DNA of 64,000 bases from an uncultured bacterium (GTDB lineage: Bacteria; Babelota; Babeliae; Babelales; Babelaceae): contig CAWGPQ010000006.1 of assembly GCA_963824495.1 (NCBI GenBank), forward strand, positions 64,001 through 128,000, in the 5' to 3' direction. A program made the position numbers and the translations under genes. Positions 41,362-52,679 of this stretch are shown here, one piece after another (position 1 is the stretch's first letter; every line of letters begins with the position of its first letter). Under the pieces are notes generated by a model, which was not told the DNA's origin, ran no database searches, and worked only from the letters and a program-made list of their open reading frames with translations.

Positions 41362-42522
41362 TTATACTTTCATTTTTTGCAAAGTGTTTATAGCTGAGTG
41401 AGTATCGTTCTGTGTATCTTGATCGATATCTGATGAAGAGTCTATGATAACAGTGGTATTCATTTCTGCTGGTGAGTTAGATATAGACAAATCCCGATGT
41501 GTATCAAGCTGTGATGGCATTTCTTTAATACCCCCAATATTTTGAATAAGATTTTGTGAATTAGTTTCTTGCAAAGTAGAGTTGCTTATCTGAATGGTGC
41601 TATTGGTAGCTCCTATATCGGTTTGATTTAAGTAACCAATTTCAGGTATAGCTGTGCTTTCCTGACTATTAATCTTGGTAATATCTGATTGGGCCTGTAA
41701 TGCCTGGTTAACAATGGGCGAGTAATACCTAGCGTTAAGTCCTTGTCTCTTTTGTTTGCTTGATTGTTTGGGGGGACTTACGTACTGTTCATACGCGTTA
41801 ATAAGTTGCTTATGAAACAAGATGGCTCCCAATGCCACTATACCTACTGTTGTATAAAGAATAGAATTATTGTTTGATATTTTTAATAGTACTACAGGAT
41901 TTTGCGGCAGAGTTTTAGCATCTTCCTCTTCTTGTTTTGCGGATTGTGCACCATCGTTGGTATCTGTTGAGTCACTACCAGCACCATCAGGATCGGAATG
42001 TGTAGGATTTATACAAGCATCAGCTGGTGGCTGATTCCATGAGGAACCTGCTTTTATTGTCCGACGTTCTACTTGTGAACTGTTTTGCTTATGTTGTGCC
42101 GCCAAGCAGGCTTGGTATGCTTGTATAAATTCAGGCTGACTCGGAGCTAGTTGGAATACATCTCTCATATTAACACCAGGTATAAAATTTATGCCTTGGA
42201 GCTTCATAACTAATTCTCGATCACCTAAGATCAAGCAAAGGTGACTTGGTAGTTTACTGTCATTGATCTTGAGCAAAGTATCTCGTAATTCGCCTGCTGC
42301 AACACTTAGAGCTACAAGTTGGTTGTTGCTATAGCATAAGGCATCCTTAGACATGAGGAATTCATAAGGGGCTCTATCTCCTGTGTTCCATATGGGTATA
42401 ACAATTACAGAATTCTCTTGATTTGGTGCTGCTTGCATAGCATCCATTGCTTGGGCATTAGGAAAATGTAGGGTGCTTATAAGCGTAATAACTATAAGAG
42501 TTTTGCTGATGGTGTTAAACAT
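41362..42522 (-). CDS. Exported protein, likely distant paralog of the adjacent 38573-41158 gene
   Basis: Signal ending NAQA-M; TM ILYTTVGIVALGAILF; shared tail motif NQT.I..TNST. Confidence 0.75.
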   Translation of the reverse strand: MFNTISKTLIVITLISTLHFPNAQAMDAMQAAPNQENSVIVIPIWNTGDRAPYEFLMSKDALCYSNNQLVALSVAAGELRDTLLKINDSKLPSHLCLILGDRELVMKLQGINFIPGVNMRDVFQLAPSQPEFIQAYQACLAAQHKQNSSQVERRTIKAGSSWNQPPADACINPTHSDPDGAGSDSTDTNDGAQSAKQEEEDAKTLPQNPVVLLKISNNNSILYTTVGIVALGAILFHKQLINAYEQYVSPPKQSSKQKRQGLNARYYSPIVNQALQAQSDITKINSQESTAIPEIGYLNQTDIGATNSTIQISNSTLQETNSQNLIQNIGGIKEMPSQLDTHRDLSISNSPAEMNTTVIIDSSSDIDQDTQNDTHSAINTLQKMKV

Positions 42523-42610
42523 AGAACTTCTCTTCGATATGATTAAACAAATATGGCAATACTAATTACAAATAGTTATGCTTTGTTTCGTGCTCTTTGT
42601 TTATACTTGG

Positions 42611-42910
42611 CTACTTGTTTTGCTTTGATGTTTTTTCTTGAGCAATACTATACAGCATATATGCTATCATGGCTGTACTACCAAGCGCAAGGTAACGAGG
42701 TATAAGATCTTGTGTATAGTTAGGAAAAAGTGTCGTGAGCCAATTAGGATCAGGGCTGTTATCCAAAGATATATAGCGAGGATAATAGTATAAGTCAGGT
42801 TGAGGATTATACATGAGTGGGTGCTGAAAGCGCGATATATAGGGTAGAGTACCATGAGTATAAGTTAGTGTGAGCACATATACCAAAAATAACGAATATT
42901 TACGAACCAT
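42611..42910 (-). CDS. Small membrane protein
   Basis: 99 aa, hydrophobic N- and C-terminal segments; overlaps the tyrS end. Confidence 0.55.
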   Translation of the reverse strand: MVRKYSLFLVYVLTLTYTHGTLPYISRFQHPLMYNPQPDLYYYPRYISLDNSPDPNWLTTLFPNYTQDLIPRYLALGSTAMIAYMLYSIAQEKTSKQNK

Positions 42911-44108
42911 AGTGAATCTTATAGAAACGGGTTTTTCCTACTTTGACGTTCATGGCAGGAGTAAGCTCTATTTGTGCAGCAAAGTCTTTGATTTTTATGT
43001 CGTTAATAGTTACAGCACCATCGTTTATAAGCCGCTTGGCTTCCGATGAGGTTGTAAGCGCACCCAAAAGTTTCAAGAGATCAACTATCCATAGCGGGTT
43101 AGGAGTAGTAGCCGGCAACTCTACCGAAACGGCATAATCAAAATCTTTCTGTTGAAAGCGGTGCTCAAATGCTTGCTGAGCATAATCAGCTTCTTCTTTG
43201 CTCCAAAAACGCTGAATAATAGTATAAGCAAGCTCTTTTTTAAGCTGCATAGGATGAAGGCGACCGGCAAGAACCCCTTCTTGCATGCGCGCAAGCTCTT
43301 GAGGGGTTTTGTTAAGAAGCAGTTCGTAATAGTGCCACATAAGCTCATCTGATAATGACATAAGTTTGCCAAATGCTTGATCAGCTGGTTCAGTCAGGCC
43401 GATAGCGTTACCGAGTGATTTAGACATTTTTGCTGTACCATCAAGGCCGAGCAAAAGAGGCATAGTTATAACCACTTGAGGTTCTTGGTCATACTGCTCT
43501 TGCAAGTATCTCCCCATGAGCAAGTTAAACGTTTGATCTGTTCCACCAAGCTCAACATCGGCTTGAAGGACAACCGAATCGTAGGCTTGTAAGATAGGAT
43601 AGAGAAGTTCATGAAAGCCGATCGATTGATGTTGTGCCAAACGTTGTGCAAAGTCTTCTCGTTCAATAATACGAGCGACGGTAACGTGACCACATAAGCG
43701 CACCCAATCTTTGCTCGTTAACTGATCAAGCCACTGTGAATTATAGGCTACGGTTAAGCGCTGACGATCTAAGATACGGCCAACCTGATCCAGATAGGTA
43801 ATGCTGTTTTGTTCGATCTGTTCAGGCGAAAGAGGAGGACGTGTTTTTGAACGGCCAGTAGGATCGCCAATACGTGCTGTAAAGTCACCAATCAAAAAAA
43901 TGACTTCATGTCCCAGTTCTTGAAACTCTTTCATCTTAGAGAGTACGACCGTATGTCCTAGATGGAGGTCGGGAGCGGTAGGGTCAGCACCTAATTTTAT
44001 TTTTAATTTTTTTCCTGTGCTAAGCTTTTTAATAAGCTCTTCCTGTGGGATAATCGCATGAGTAGTGGTACGCAAGCGATCGAATGGTTCATGAGTTCTT
44101 GTATTCAC
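42900..44108 (-). CDS. tyrS: Tyrosine--tRNA ligase
   Basis: [32 protein letters not shown]-terminal S4 domain. Confidence 0.97.
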   Translation of the reverse strand: MNTRTHEPFDRLRTTTHAIIPQEELIKKLSTGKKLKIKLGADPTAPDLHLGHTVVLSKMKEFQELGHEVIFLIGDFTARIGDPTGRSKTRPPLSPEQIEQNSITYLDQVGRILDRQRLTVAYNSQWLDQLTSKDWVRLCGHVTVARIIEREDFAQRLAQHQSIGFHELLYPILQAYDSVVLQADVELGGTDQTFNLLMGRYLQEQYDQEPQVVITMPLLLGLDGTAKMSKSLGNAIGLTEPADQAFGKLMSLSDELMWHYYELLLNKTPQELARMQEGVLAGRLHPMQLKKELAYTIIQRFWSKEEADYAQQAFEHRFQQKDFDYAVSVELPATTPNPLWIVDLLKLLGALTTSSEAKRLINDGAVTINDIKIKDFAAQIELTPAMNVKVGKTRFYKIHYGS

Positions 44109-44130
44109 GGTATCCTTAACTCGGGATAGT

Positions 44131-44844
44131 TTACCAGGCCCCTAAAAGGCCTGCCATAAGCGTTGCACTTTTTGCTATAGTAACTAAGAGTATAGATTTG
44201 ATGGTATTAGCAAAGAGCAAGACTATGATCATAGGTGCAATAACCATAAGAAAATCAGCATGGCGTACATAGCTATAGCCACGATCAAGCCCTATAACGA
44301 GTGCGTAGCGGAAACTATTGAGGATCAGACTTAACGATGCAATAAAGACACTTATAAAAATAATTGCAAGAAGTACTGAAGCGCCTACGATGGCAAGTGA
44401 CGACCGATCACTATAAAGACCGGTAATGCTTGATAATGGTATGCTTTCCGATGAAAACATCCCTTGAAGGAGCAAGAGTGAGTATGGCCCATACATAAGA
44501 ATAAGAGCTACTAATGATATAAGCGCAAGTACACTGCTCAGTAATGATTCTGATGCATACATCAGCATAAGTCGAGCAGAGCGCCAGGGAGCATATATGC
44601 GCTGAGGGTCAATAGGCAAGATCTTTCCCCACCCAAAGCCAAAGAGTATCACCAGACCCAGCCCCAAAGCGTCAATATGCGCAAGGGGATTAAGGCTGAG
44701 TAAACCGGCATCTTCAGCAGTTGAGTCACCCATTTTTTTAGCCAACCATGCCTGACCTGCTCCCGTAAGGGTTACCGACAAGAAGTAGGCACAAACAAGG
44801 CAAAGTTTTGTGACGATTGATTCAGTTGTTTGAATATTGAGCAT
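44131..44844 (-). CDS. Site-2 protease (M50)-like membrane protein lacking HExxH
   Basis: [20 protein letters not shown]....FGWGK matches the M50B family; HExxH position reads TGAGQ. Confidence 0.7.
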   Translation of the reverse strand: MLNIQTTESIVTKLCLVCAYFLSVTLTGAGQAWLAKKMGDSTAEDAGLLSLNPLAHIDALGLGLVILFGFGWGKILPIDPQRIYAPWRSARLMLMYASESLLSSVLALISLVALILMYGPYSLLLLQGMFSSESIPLSSITGLYSDRSSLAIVGASVLLAIIFISVFIASLSLILNSFRYALVIGLDRGYSYVRHADFLMVIAPMIIVLLFANTIKSILLVTIAKSATLMAGLLGAW

Positions 44845-45103
44845 AAGACTCTATGATGTTGCAAGGGAATACAAGTGTTACACGATGTTACTTGCTATAA
44901 TTCTACCCTCATAGTATATAAGAAATTGCTGAAATCGTCAATTTGCGTACTCGAGTAGTGTCTGGAAGCCGATCAACGTAAATAGCTATAGGCACAGATA
45001 GTGCTTGAAATATCATGAATCGGGTGAGAAAGCTAGTTTGTGATAAAGCGAACGAAAAATAAAGATATACGTAATAGCATCGCTTGTTGTTGGGCTATCA
45101 TCG

Positions 45104-46018
45104 ATGTATAGTATACTGCTAGAATGTATGAATGGGGAATTGGAACCAGCAAGTCCTGTTGTTCTTGCCAATCAAAAATTGCTGAATGCAGCGATAGAGG
45201 GAGACCTCAAGGCAGTACAAGTTGCCCTTGAAGAAGGTGCTGACGTTAATGCTACCGATCGCAATGGTAATACTCCTCTTATATTAGCGCTTTGGCGTCG
45301 CTCTAATCCTATAGCCAGATTGCTTATAGAGCGTGGCACTGATGTAAACCATACTAATAATCTTGGCTGGGATGCTCTTCAGTGGGCAGTTAAGCAAAAC
45401 AATCCAGAGATAGTTAGAATGCTGTTGCTTCATAATACTCGTATGACAGAAAATAGAAAGGGTGTTCTGAATTTTTTGCAAACATATAATGTTTCGCCGT
45501 TATCTCTAGCAATTATAGACGGGAATAGAAAAGATATTACCCAAGTTCTTGCTAGCTTACCACAGGAAAATATAGATGCTCAAGATAATTTTGGCATGAC
45601 AGCGTTACACTGGGCGGCAGCTCGTAACGATGAACAAACAGTTAATGAATTGCTTAAGCGCAATGCCGACGTCAATATTCGTGATAATGATGGCAATACA
45701 CCATTACATTATGCAGCACGTAATGGCTATTTACATATCGTTCGAGCTCTGCTTGCCCATAATGCACAGGTTAATCTTTTTAACGATCACAACGAATCTG
45801 CATGGATTCTTGCCCTCAGAAATAATCACCCTGAAGTTGTTAATCTTCTCGAAAGATACGCAGGACCTGCTGTATTTGGCTTAGTAACACGAGCAGGACA
45901 AGTTGGAGAACTTGCAAATCTTCCAGGTGATATTACTCTTCCTGCCGAGATTGCTGCTTTAGTTGCCCAATATGCTATGGCTCCTGGTGCTCAAGTACCT
46001 TCAGGGCATTCCGCTTAA
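45104..46018 (+). CDS. Ankyrin-repeat protein
   Basis: GNTPLILA, GWDALQWA, GMTALHWAA, GNTPLHYAA; a signal-like in-frame stretch lies upstream (45056-45103) without an ATG. Confidence 0.9.
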   Translation: MYSILLECMNGELEPASPVVLANQKLLNAAIEGDLKAVQVALEEGADVNATDRNGNTPLILALWRRSNPIARLLIERGTDVNHTNNLGWDALQWAVKQNNPEIVRMLLLHNTRMTENRKGVLNFLQTYNVSPLSLAIIDGNRKDITQVLASLPQENIDAQDNFGMTALHWAAARNDEQTVNELLKRNADVNIRDNDGNTPLHYAARNGYLHIVRALLAHNAQVNLFNDHNESAWILALRNNHPEVVNLLERYAGPAVFGLVTRAGQVGELANLPGDITLPAEIAALVAQYAMAPGAQVPSGHSA

Positions 46019-46112
46019 TCAGAGCCTCAATCACCTTATAATCCTTATGCATGCTTCACAAAGTTTGTGGGAAGGCTAGACTGGTCTGCCAAGAAGCTGT
46101 AACAAAAATCAC

Positions 46113-48365
46113 ATGAGCATGAGGGTAAGCATGAGGGTGAGCATGAGAGTAAGCGTAAGACATGCAGTACAACGTTGGTATCTAGTAGGATTGCCTTTAG
46201 TGTTGGCACTATTAGGCATGCTATGTTATTACCCTTCGCTTACCTATAGCTTTCAGTTTGATGATCTTTCTAATATCGTAAAGTTCTATGATATTCGTCA
46301 CAAAACCTTTGGTTCTCTCTTTTTTAGTGGTCCGCGTTGGATATCTTATTGGCTTAATACAGTTTATTACCGTTACGCCCAGTTTGAGCCCTTTATATAT
46401 AGGCTGGGCAATATCAGTGCTCATCTTCTTACGGGTATATTACTTTTTTATGTGATACTTCTTGCTCTTAGTTTTTTAAAAAAAGAAAACTTTTTTAAGC
46501 TGCATAGTTTTTGGTTAGCATTGTGCACAGCTGGTTTTTTTATTATGCATCCAGTACAAACACAAACAGTATCATATGTTATTCAAGGGCAGCTTGAAGG
46601 GCTTGCCGGATTAGGTATTATGAGCATGGTGCTCTGCTTTTTGCTTCGAGCACGTATTACTCGTGCTCTATTCAGGGGACTAGTTACTCTTGTGCTTTTG
46701 GTACTTACAGTGATAACCTGTGGTACTAAAGAAATAGCTATTATTTCACCCGTGTTGCTCCTGCTCGTTGATTGGTTCTTTGTCGCTCAAGGAGAGTGGT
46801 CAGAATTGCAGAAGCGTTGGTTGCTCCATGGAGCGATAGCTCTGATTGTAGGTGGTATATATTGTTATTTTCTTAAGCCACGTTTTTTTATCGATCTTCT
46901 TGGTTTTAAGCTCGAAATGCGTAATAATGTAGGCAATATGCTTACCCAAGGTGCAGCTGAGACCATTAAGCCTTTTGATTATCTTCTATCTGAGTTTAAA
47001 GTAATTCTGCATTATATAGCAATATTTATAGTGCCTGTATGGTTGAGTGTTGATTATGATTGGAAATTAACCGCAGGTTTTTTTGAGCTTGACTGCTTGG
47101 TGCCCTTTCTTATACTACTCGCTCTTGCATGGTGTATCGTACGGCGTCTACGGCGTGATCGCGTTGATCTTATAAGCTTTGGTCTTTTGTGGTTTTTTGT
47201 TGTTATCCTGCCACGTGCAAGTATTATACCTTCTATGGAGTTGGTATCGGATTACAAAACCTATATAGCTTCAGTTGGTCTGCTTTTTGTTGGAGCCTAT
47301 TATGTGCTCAAATTCTGCGTTTTGCTCGAAAATTTAAGTAGTGTATTCAAATCTCCTGCGCTCAAAACTGCACTTATTATGATTATGTTGTGCTGTACTG
47401 GTTACCTGACTGCCAAGCGCAATACTGTTTGGCGAACAGCTGAAGAATTTTGGTCACATATTGTTAACATGAAACCACAAAAAGCACGGCCCTATAATAA
47501 TTATGGCATGGTATTAACAGAAAAGGGTTTATATAGAGAAGCTATTATATATTTTAAAAAAGCATTAAGTTTTGACCCCTACTATCCTGACGCTTACAAT
47601 AACTTAGCCGTTGCCTATCATGGTATTGGTGAACTTGACTTAGGAATCGAATGCTTAAAAACGAGCATTAGCCTACAGCCCTATTGTCCCGAAGGGTATA
47701 ATAATCTCGCATCGTATTTAATTGAACAAAAGAATTACGACGCAGCTGAAGCAGCTTTGCACACAGCACTTAAGTTTCGCCGTCACTATGGTAAGGCACT
47801 GTATAATCTTGGACGTATTTATGTAGAGCGCGATCAGATTCAGGAAGCATGTGCATATTTTAAAAAATGCTGTACAGAAGCAGATTTTGATAATGAGCTC
47901 GGGTTTGATGCTTACGGTAAAACGAGCCTCATACTAGGTAACTATAGTGATGCTATAGAAGCATATAGCAAGATTTTAGCACGTAACCCAGACTCATATG
48001 AAGCAAACGCAAGCCTTTCGTATGCCTGTTTAGGCAATAAAGAGTATGATAACGTGCAGGTACTCTGCAAAAAGTTAGTTACCCGTAACCCTTATAACCC
48101 TCATGTTCTTTTTACGTGGGCAGAATCACTTATCCCTCAAGGTAGATATTATGAAGCACTGCAGCTTTATCAGAAAGTTACTCAGCTTGATTGCAATAAG
48201 CTTGTTGTCTACGTACGCATAGCGGGTTGTTTAGATAAGCTTGGTCGTCATGATGAAGCTCTTGATTATTTAGATAGCGTGCTCGACGCTAATCCCCCCG
48301 AAGAGCTTAGGCAATCAGCTCAAGCAGCCCGAGCCAGACTTGTGCATGATACTTTCACGTTATAG
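46113..48365 (+). CDS. TMTC-like membrane glycosyltransferase (GT-C) with C-terminal TPRs
   Basis: FQFDD, HPVQTQTVSYV, KEIAI, LSVDY, RNTVW..EEFW, then multiple TPRs. Confidence 0.8.
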   Translation: MSMRVSMRVSMRVSVRHAVQRWYLVGLPLVLALLGMLCYYPSLTYSFQFDDLSNIVKFYDIRHKTFGSLFFSGPRWISYWLNTVYYRYAQFEPFIYRLGNISAHLLTGILLFYVILLALSFLKKENFFKLHSFWLALCTAGFFIMHPVQTQTVSYVIQGQLEGLAGLGIMSMVLCFLLRARITRALFRGLVTLVLLVLTVITCGTKEIAIISPVLLLLVDWFFVAQGEWSELQKRWLLHGAIALIVGGIYCYFLKPRFFIDLLGFKLEMRNNVGNMLTQGAAETIKPFDYLLSEFKVILHYIAIFIVPVWLSVDYDWKLTAGFFELDCLVPFLILLALAWCIVRRLRRDRVDLISFGLLWFFVVILPRASIIPSMELVSDYKTYIASVGLLFVGAYYVLKFCVLLENLSSVFKSPALKTALIMIMLCCTGYLTAKRNTVWRTAEEFWSHIVNMKPQKARPYNNYGMVLTEKGLYREAIIYFKKALSFDPYYPDAYNNLAVAYHGIGELDLGIECLKTSISLQPYCPEGYNNLASYLIEQKNYDAAEAALHTALKFRRHYGKALYNLGRIYVERDQIQEACAYFKKCCTEADFDNELGFDAYGKTSLILGNYSDAIEAYSKILARNPDSYEANASLSYACLGNKEYDNVQVLCKKLVTRNPYNPHVLFTWAESLIPQGRYYEALQLYQKVTQLDCNKLVVYVRIAGCLDKLGRHDEALDYLDSVLDANPPEELRQSAQAARARLVHDTFTL
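46116..46151 (+). repeat. 12-bp tandem repeat encoding SMRV x3
   Basis: AGCATGAGGGTA, AGCATGAGGGTG, AGCATGAGAGTA. Confidence 0.85.
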
Positions 48366-48430
48366 TGCATTTATGTGCTATACTTTCGTGTATATACTCA
48401 CTATCAAAGCACCTATAAGGCACATGTATT

Positions 48431-49177
48431 ATGAACGCAGCAGCATCCGACAAAAAGCCTCAAGAACTTGTTTTTGGTATTCATCCGCTTGTAGAATTAC
48501 TAAGAGCACGCAGGCGCCCCCTGTATATGATCTATACTACACGCCCAACGCCTAAATCGTGGGAAGAAATAGAGCGTTTACTGCCTACGCAAGGCAGGAT
48601 TATACCCATTCAATATGTTACGCGTGAAGTGTTGAATCGATTAGCTGGTACAACTGACCATCAAGGTGTTGTTGCATGGGCTGGACCGTTTCCTTTTCGC
48701 AAGAAATTCTTCGATCCGATACGTAGCCCTTTCTTGGTAATGCTTGATAGTATACAAGACACACGCAATCTCGGTGCAATTTTGCGCTCTGCTTACTGTA
48801 CCGGTTTCGATGGTGTTGTTATAGCTCAAAAAAAAAGCGCGCCATTACGTGCTTCAGCATTAAAAGCTTCTGCAGGGCTTGCAGAACATCTTGAAATATA
48901 CGAAGCACCATCAGCACGTGCGGCAGCACAGGAGTTAAAGAAAGCCGGTTATACGTTGTATATGGCTGCTTTAGGTGGTAAAGATGCAACAACCGTAACG
49001 TATCAAGGCCCCTTGTGTGGTGTTATCGGTAATGAAGCAGTAGGTATATCACCTGAGATACTAAAAATGGGCCAAATGGTTACGCTTCCTCAGCGTTCCC
49101 CCGATATCTCATATAACGCTTCTGTAGCAGCAGGGATCTTGCTTTTTTTAATTTCTACCCAAAATAAGAGAATATAG
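48431..49177 (+). CDS. rlmB: TrmH/SpoU-family rRNA methyltransferase (RlmB-like)
   Basis: VFGIHP, HQGVVA, LDSIQDTRNLGAILRSA, GNEAVG, SYNASVAAG. Confidence 0.85.
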   Translation: MNAAASDKKPQELVFGIHPLVELLRARRRPLYMIYTTRPTPKSWEEIERLLPTQGRIIPIQYVTREVLNRLAGTTDHQGVVAWAGPFPFRKKFFDPIRSPFLVMLDSIQDTRNLGAILRSAYCTGFDGVVIAQKKSAPLRASALKASAGLAEHLEIYEAPSARAAAQELKKAGYTLYMAALGGKDATTVTYQGPLCGVIGNEAVGISPEILKMGQMVTLPQRSPDISYNASVAAGILLFLISTQNKRI

Positions 49178-49189
49178 AGAGCTCGTTTT

Positions 49190-50329
49190 ATGAAAAAATT
49201 GCCTTTAGATGTAAGTGATTTCGAAACGATGATTAAGGGCGGCTACGTTTACGTTGATAAAACATGCTTTATGTACAGTATGACAACTCAAGCTTGATTT
49301 TATTTTTTATCACGTCCTCGTCGTTTCGGTAAATCGTTGCTTATTTCAACATTTAAAGAACTATTTCTTGGTAACAAGCAGCTCTTTGAAGGGCTTTTGA
49401 TTGCCCAAAGTGATTACGATTGGGCAAAATATCCTGTTATAAGCTTAGATTTGTCTGCTCTTGTTACGAGCAGCGCTCAAGAGCTTAAAGTAAGCCTGAG
49501 CAATCGTATTGATAAAATAGCACGAGGTTATTCAATCGAAGTTGGAAGTGGTACAACTATTGAAGATAAGCTCTCGGATTTACTAGACGGCTTGCATCAG
49601 CACTATGGAAAAGTTGTTGTGCTCATAGATGAGTACGATTACCCTTTGTTAAGACATATCGATAATCCTATAATAGCACACGCTGTTTTAGAGGTGCTTA
49701 AATCTTTCTTTATCGTCGTCAAGAGTCTGAGTGGTAAGTTTAAGTTTATCTTTGTGACAGGTGTTACAAAGTTTTCAAAAACTTCGCTTTTCTCTGGTCT
49801 TAATAATTTGATTGATATTACCATGGACCCACAGTATAGTACGTTATTGGGATACACCCAAGCAGAACTTGAGTACTATTTTGCTGAAAATATAGATACA
49901 ATTGCTTATCAACAAGATCAGCCTCAATCCGCCCTGCAAAAAACTATCAGATCATGGTACAACGGTTATCAATTTAGCGAAAAAGCCCTCAAAGTATATA
50001 ATCCTTTTTCTGTGCTATTTTTTTTTAATAGTGGTCATTTTGACAACTATTGGTTCAATACTGGTACTCCATCATTTCTCATAGAGCTTATAAAAAGATA
50101 TAAGTATCCCATACAAGATTTACAGGGTGCTCAATTAAACGAGCTAGAAATGAATACTTTTGAAATCGACGAATTACCTATTGTCCCTATTTGCTTTCAG
50201 ACAGGATATCTTACCATTGAGGCCTATAATCCCGATACAAATAATTATGTATTAGATTACCCAAATTGAGAAGTTGAAGTCTTATGTAAAAGCTTTGTAA
50301 GATATCTTATGCAGGCGAAAGGAGCCTAA
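49190..50329 (+). pseudogene. AAA-ATPase-like protein (family normally fused to a PD-(D/E)XK nuclease), two nonsense stops, truncated
   Basis: MKKLPLDVSDF..YVDKT, LSRPRRFGKS, LIDEYD, GVTKFS, YNPFS; in-frame TGA at 49295 and 50267; no C-terminal nuclease domain. Confidence 0.85.
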
Positions 50330-50535
50330 ATGGCAACACGCTTTTACACCGTGCATCAGCATACAACATGGTACCAGTCGTTGAAAAGTTACTTGAACTT
50401 GGCGCAAACGTAACTGTAACCAATGACAAAAATCAAACAGCACGAGATATTGCACTGCTCATGCAGGATCAAGGTCTTACCAGAACTGCTATTATCGATA
50501 TGCTTACTCAAGCTCTTGAGCAACAAAAAAATTAA
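50329..50535 (+). pseudogene. Headless ankyrin-repeat remnant
   Basis: Manual translation NGNTLLHRASAYNMVPVVEKLLELGANVTVTNDKNQTARDIA...*; no in-frame start upstream before a stop. Confidence 0.75.
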
Positions 50536-50559
50536 TATATTCTTTTTGGGATTTAGATT

Positions 50560-50949
50560 ATGGCAATTGAGAAAAAAATAGAAGATATAGAAACACAAGC
50601 AGAGAAAGAAGGCTGGCCCTACCCAAAACTTTTTGAAGCTCTCAAAGATGCTGGTGTTATCTCATATGATGTATTTGTTGCATCTCATACACGAAGTTAC
50701 CATAGCAAGAGTACAGATTGGCAGGTAATAGAGCCACTGGAAGTGAGCCTAATAGTTGCTCAAAGTTTTAACGAAGAAAGCATAAAAAAAGCTCTGGCGC
50801 GCCGACGAGATAGGCAAGCTAATTACGGTGAGTTCCTCAAGGAACTTGGTCAAGCTGGGGTCAAAGAATACTCAATCGATATGCATAACAGAACTGCTAC
50901 ATACAAAGGTGATGCTGGCCAAGAATATGTTGAAAGAATTCCTCGATAA
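50560..50949 (+). CDS. DUF1398 (YbcV/YdfO-like) protein
   Basis: Two-fold Y..F...L..AGV..Y.(I/V).....Y pattern, 129 aa. Confidence 0.7.
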   Translation: MAIEKKIEDIETQAEKEGWPYPKLFEALKDAGVISYDVFVASHTRSYHSKSTDWQVIEPLEVSLIVAQSFNEESIKKALARRRDRQANYGEFLKELGQAGVKEYSIDMHNRTATYKGDAGQEYVERIPR

Positions 50950-50981
50950 AATTATAGAGCTTTTTCGAGCACGCGTTAGGC

Positions 50982-52679
50982 TTACCCCTTAGTAAGATGG
51001 TTAACAAGATTCTCCCTTTTTGATGCAAGATCAGCTGCAATCGTGTCAACCTGGCCCAAAAGTGCTCCAAGTAGTTGATAGCTCTGAGGGTAGTGCGTTT
51101 GTAACTCAGTTACTTCCGGGATAACCTCCTGGTGTTTTTTCATTACATTGGCAAGTTTAATCAAGGTATCTGGACTAGGGGTCATCTCAAGGATCGGATA
51201 CATTGTAAGACCAAGGTCTATTAGCGTGAGTCCAAGATTAACTGTCTTTTCTAGATTGGTAAGTGTTTGTATATTGGTTTGGGCTCCGTTTAAGGATGTT
51301 GTAACTGCTATGTTAATTTCGGGAGAGAAAGAACTAGCTAAAGGACCTATTTGTTTTTGAAGATTTTCTATGGTTTCCCGATAGTGCTTGTGCATGGCTT
51401 GAATTTCTTTAAGAACTTTAGTAAGTTGCTCAGTAATTGCTCGTAAGGATATTTGTTGTCCTAGTTGCGACAAGATCTGTTGTAGTCGCTTCGGGACTTC
51501 ATCAATAAATTGCTCGATTTCATTATTAAGCTTTACTAGCTCCATCAACGCTGTATAACCTGGTTGGGTTACGGGAATAGCTGCTTCCCGAGTAATGATA
51601 TTAGGAATGTTGGGTCGCGATTGCATTAGGTTAAGTTGTCCTGAAGGTCCTATAAGTGGCTCTATTGCTTGTTCCTCAAAAAACGGTAATTCCTATAACC
51701 AAGAAGCTGCTGGATGCTGTTGTGGTTGAACGGGTGCTGCAGCAGCTGCTGGCGCCCCTGGGGCAGCAGCAGGGGCTTGGCGGAAGAATTCAGCAAATGC
51801 ACGCTTAAGGGCTTCAACTCCTACAATGCTTAAAATAGAAGCCAATGGTCGCTTAGTGCTTTGGATTCCAGTCGATATAAAGTCTACAATGGTATCCCAC
51901 TGGCTTGGGCTTGTGTCATGTATAAGCTTTGCTATCTTTTTGGCCGATGGCTGGAGGTCTTCAAGGTAGTACTTGCCCTGATTTGCCAACTTTTCATCAT
52001 AAGGAATATCGTTTTGCCTATAGAAAGCATGAACGGTTGCTAAATATTTACGAGCAGATTTACTTTGCTTAGGTTTATTATATGCCCCATGCTTGGCATC
52101 TGCAAGCTCAAGTAAATAAACTTTTTTATGCCCAGACCCAACAAGCGCAGCGTAAAGTAACCGAGAATTATTAATAGGAACTATGCTATCATTTCTTGAG
52201 TGGACAATAAGTATAGGGGTATTGAGAGTGGCTTTACCTAACACTTCAGGCGTTATATCCATGGGCGATTCGGCTATAATAGCTTTTAAACGATAGAGTG
52301 GGGTTGGCCGTGTTGAGGCATCGCGCAAGGCTCGCCCTGCACCATGAGATAGACCTATAATAACAACGCCGTCATTAGAATTTTTTGCTGAATTAAGAGT
52401 ATTTCTGACCTCAGTATAGGCATTCTCAAGAGCAAGCATGTCAAGTACAGGTGTATGATTGTCAGAGAAACGGACAGCTTTATAGGGTTGGGTTGTAATA
52501 ATTGACCAGCCAGGATCAGTCTTGCCTGCATAAGAATCAGCTGTGCTTGGGTTACCCGGTATGTCCGGCACAAAGAGAAAATGTGCCTCTGGCTGGCCAT
52601 AGAGATACAGAGTGGAGGTTGCTAGGCAGGCGAAAAGCATAGCTATGTGTGCCATAGATAGATTCGTCTCTGGCTTCAT
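50982..52679 (-). pseudogene. Exported alpha/beta hydrolase fused to a helical domain, split by one in-frame TAG
   Basis: 51693-52679 (GLSHG, HSRNDSIVP, KHG) and 50982-51626 share a frame; the 22 codons between them are open (WL*ELPFFEEQ...). Confidence 0.65.
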
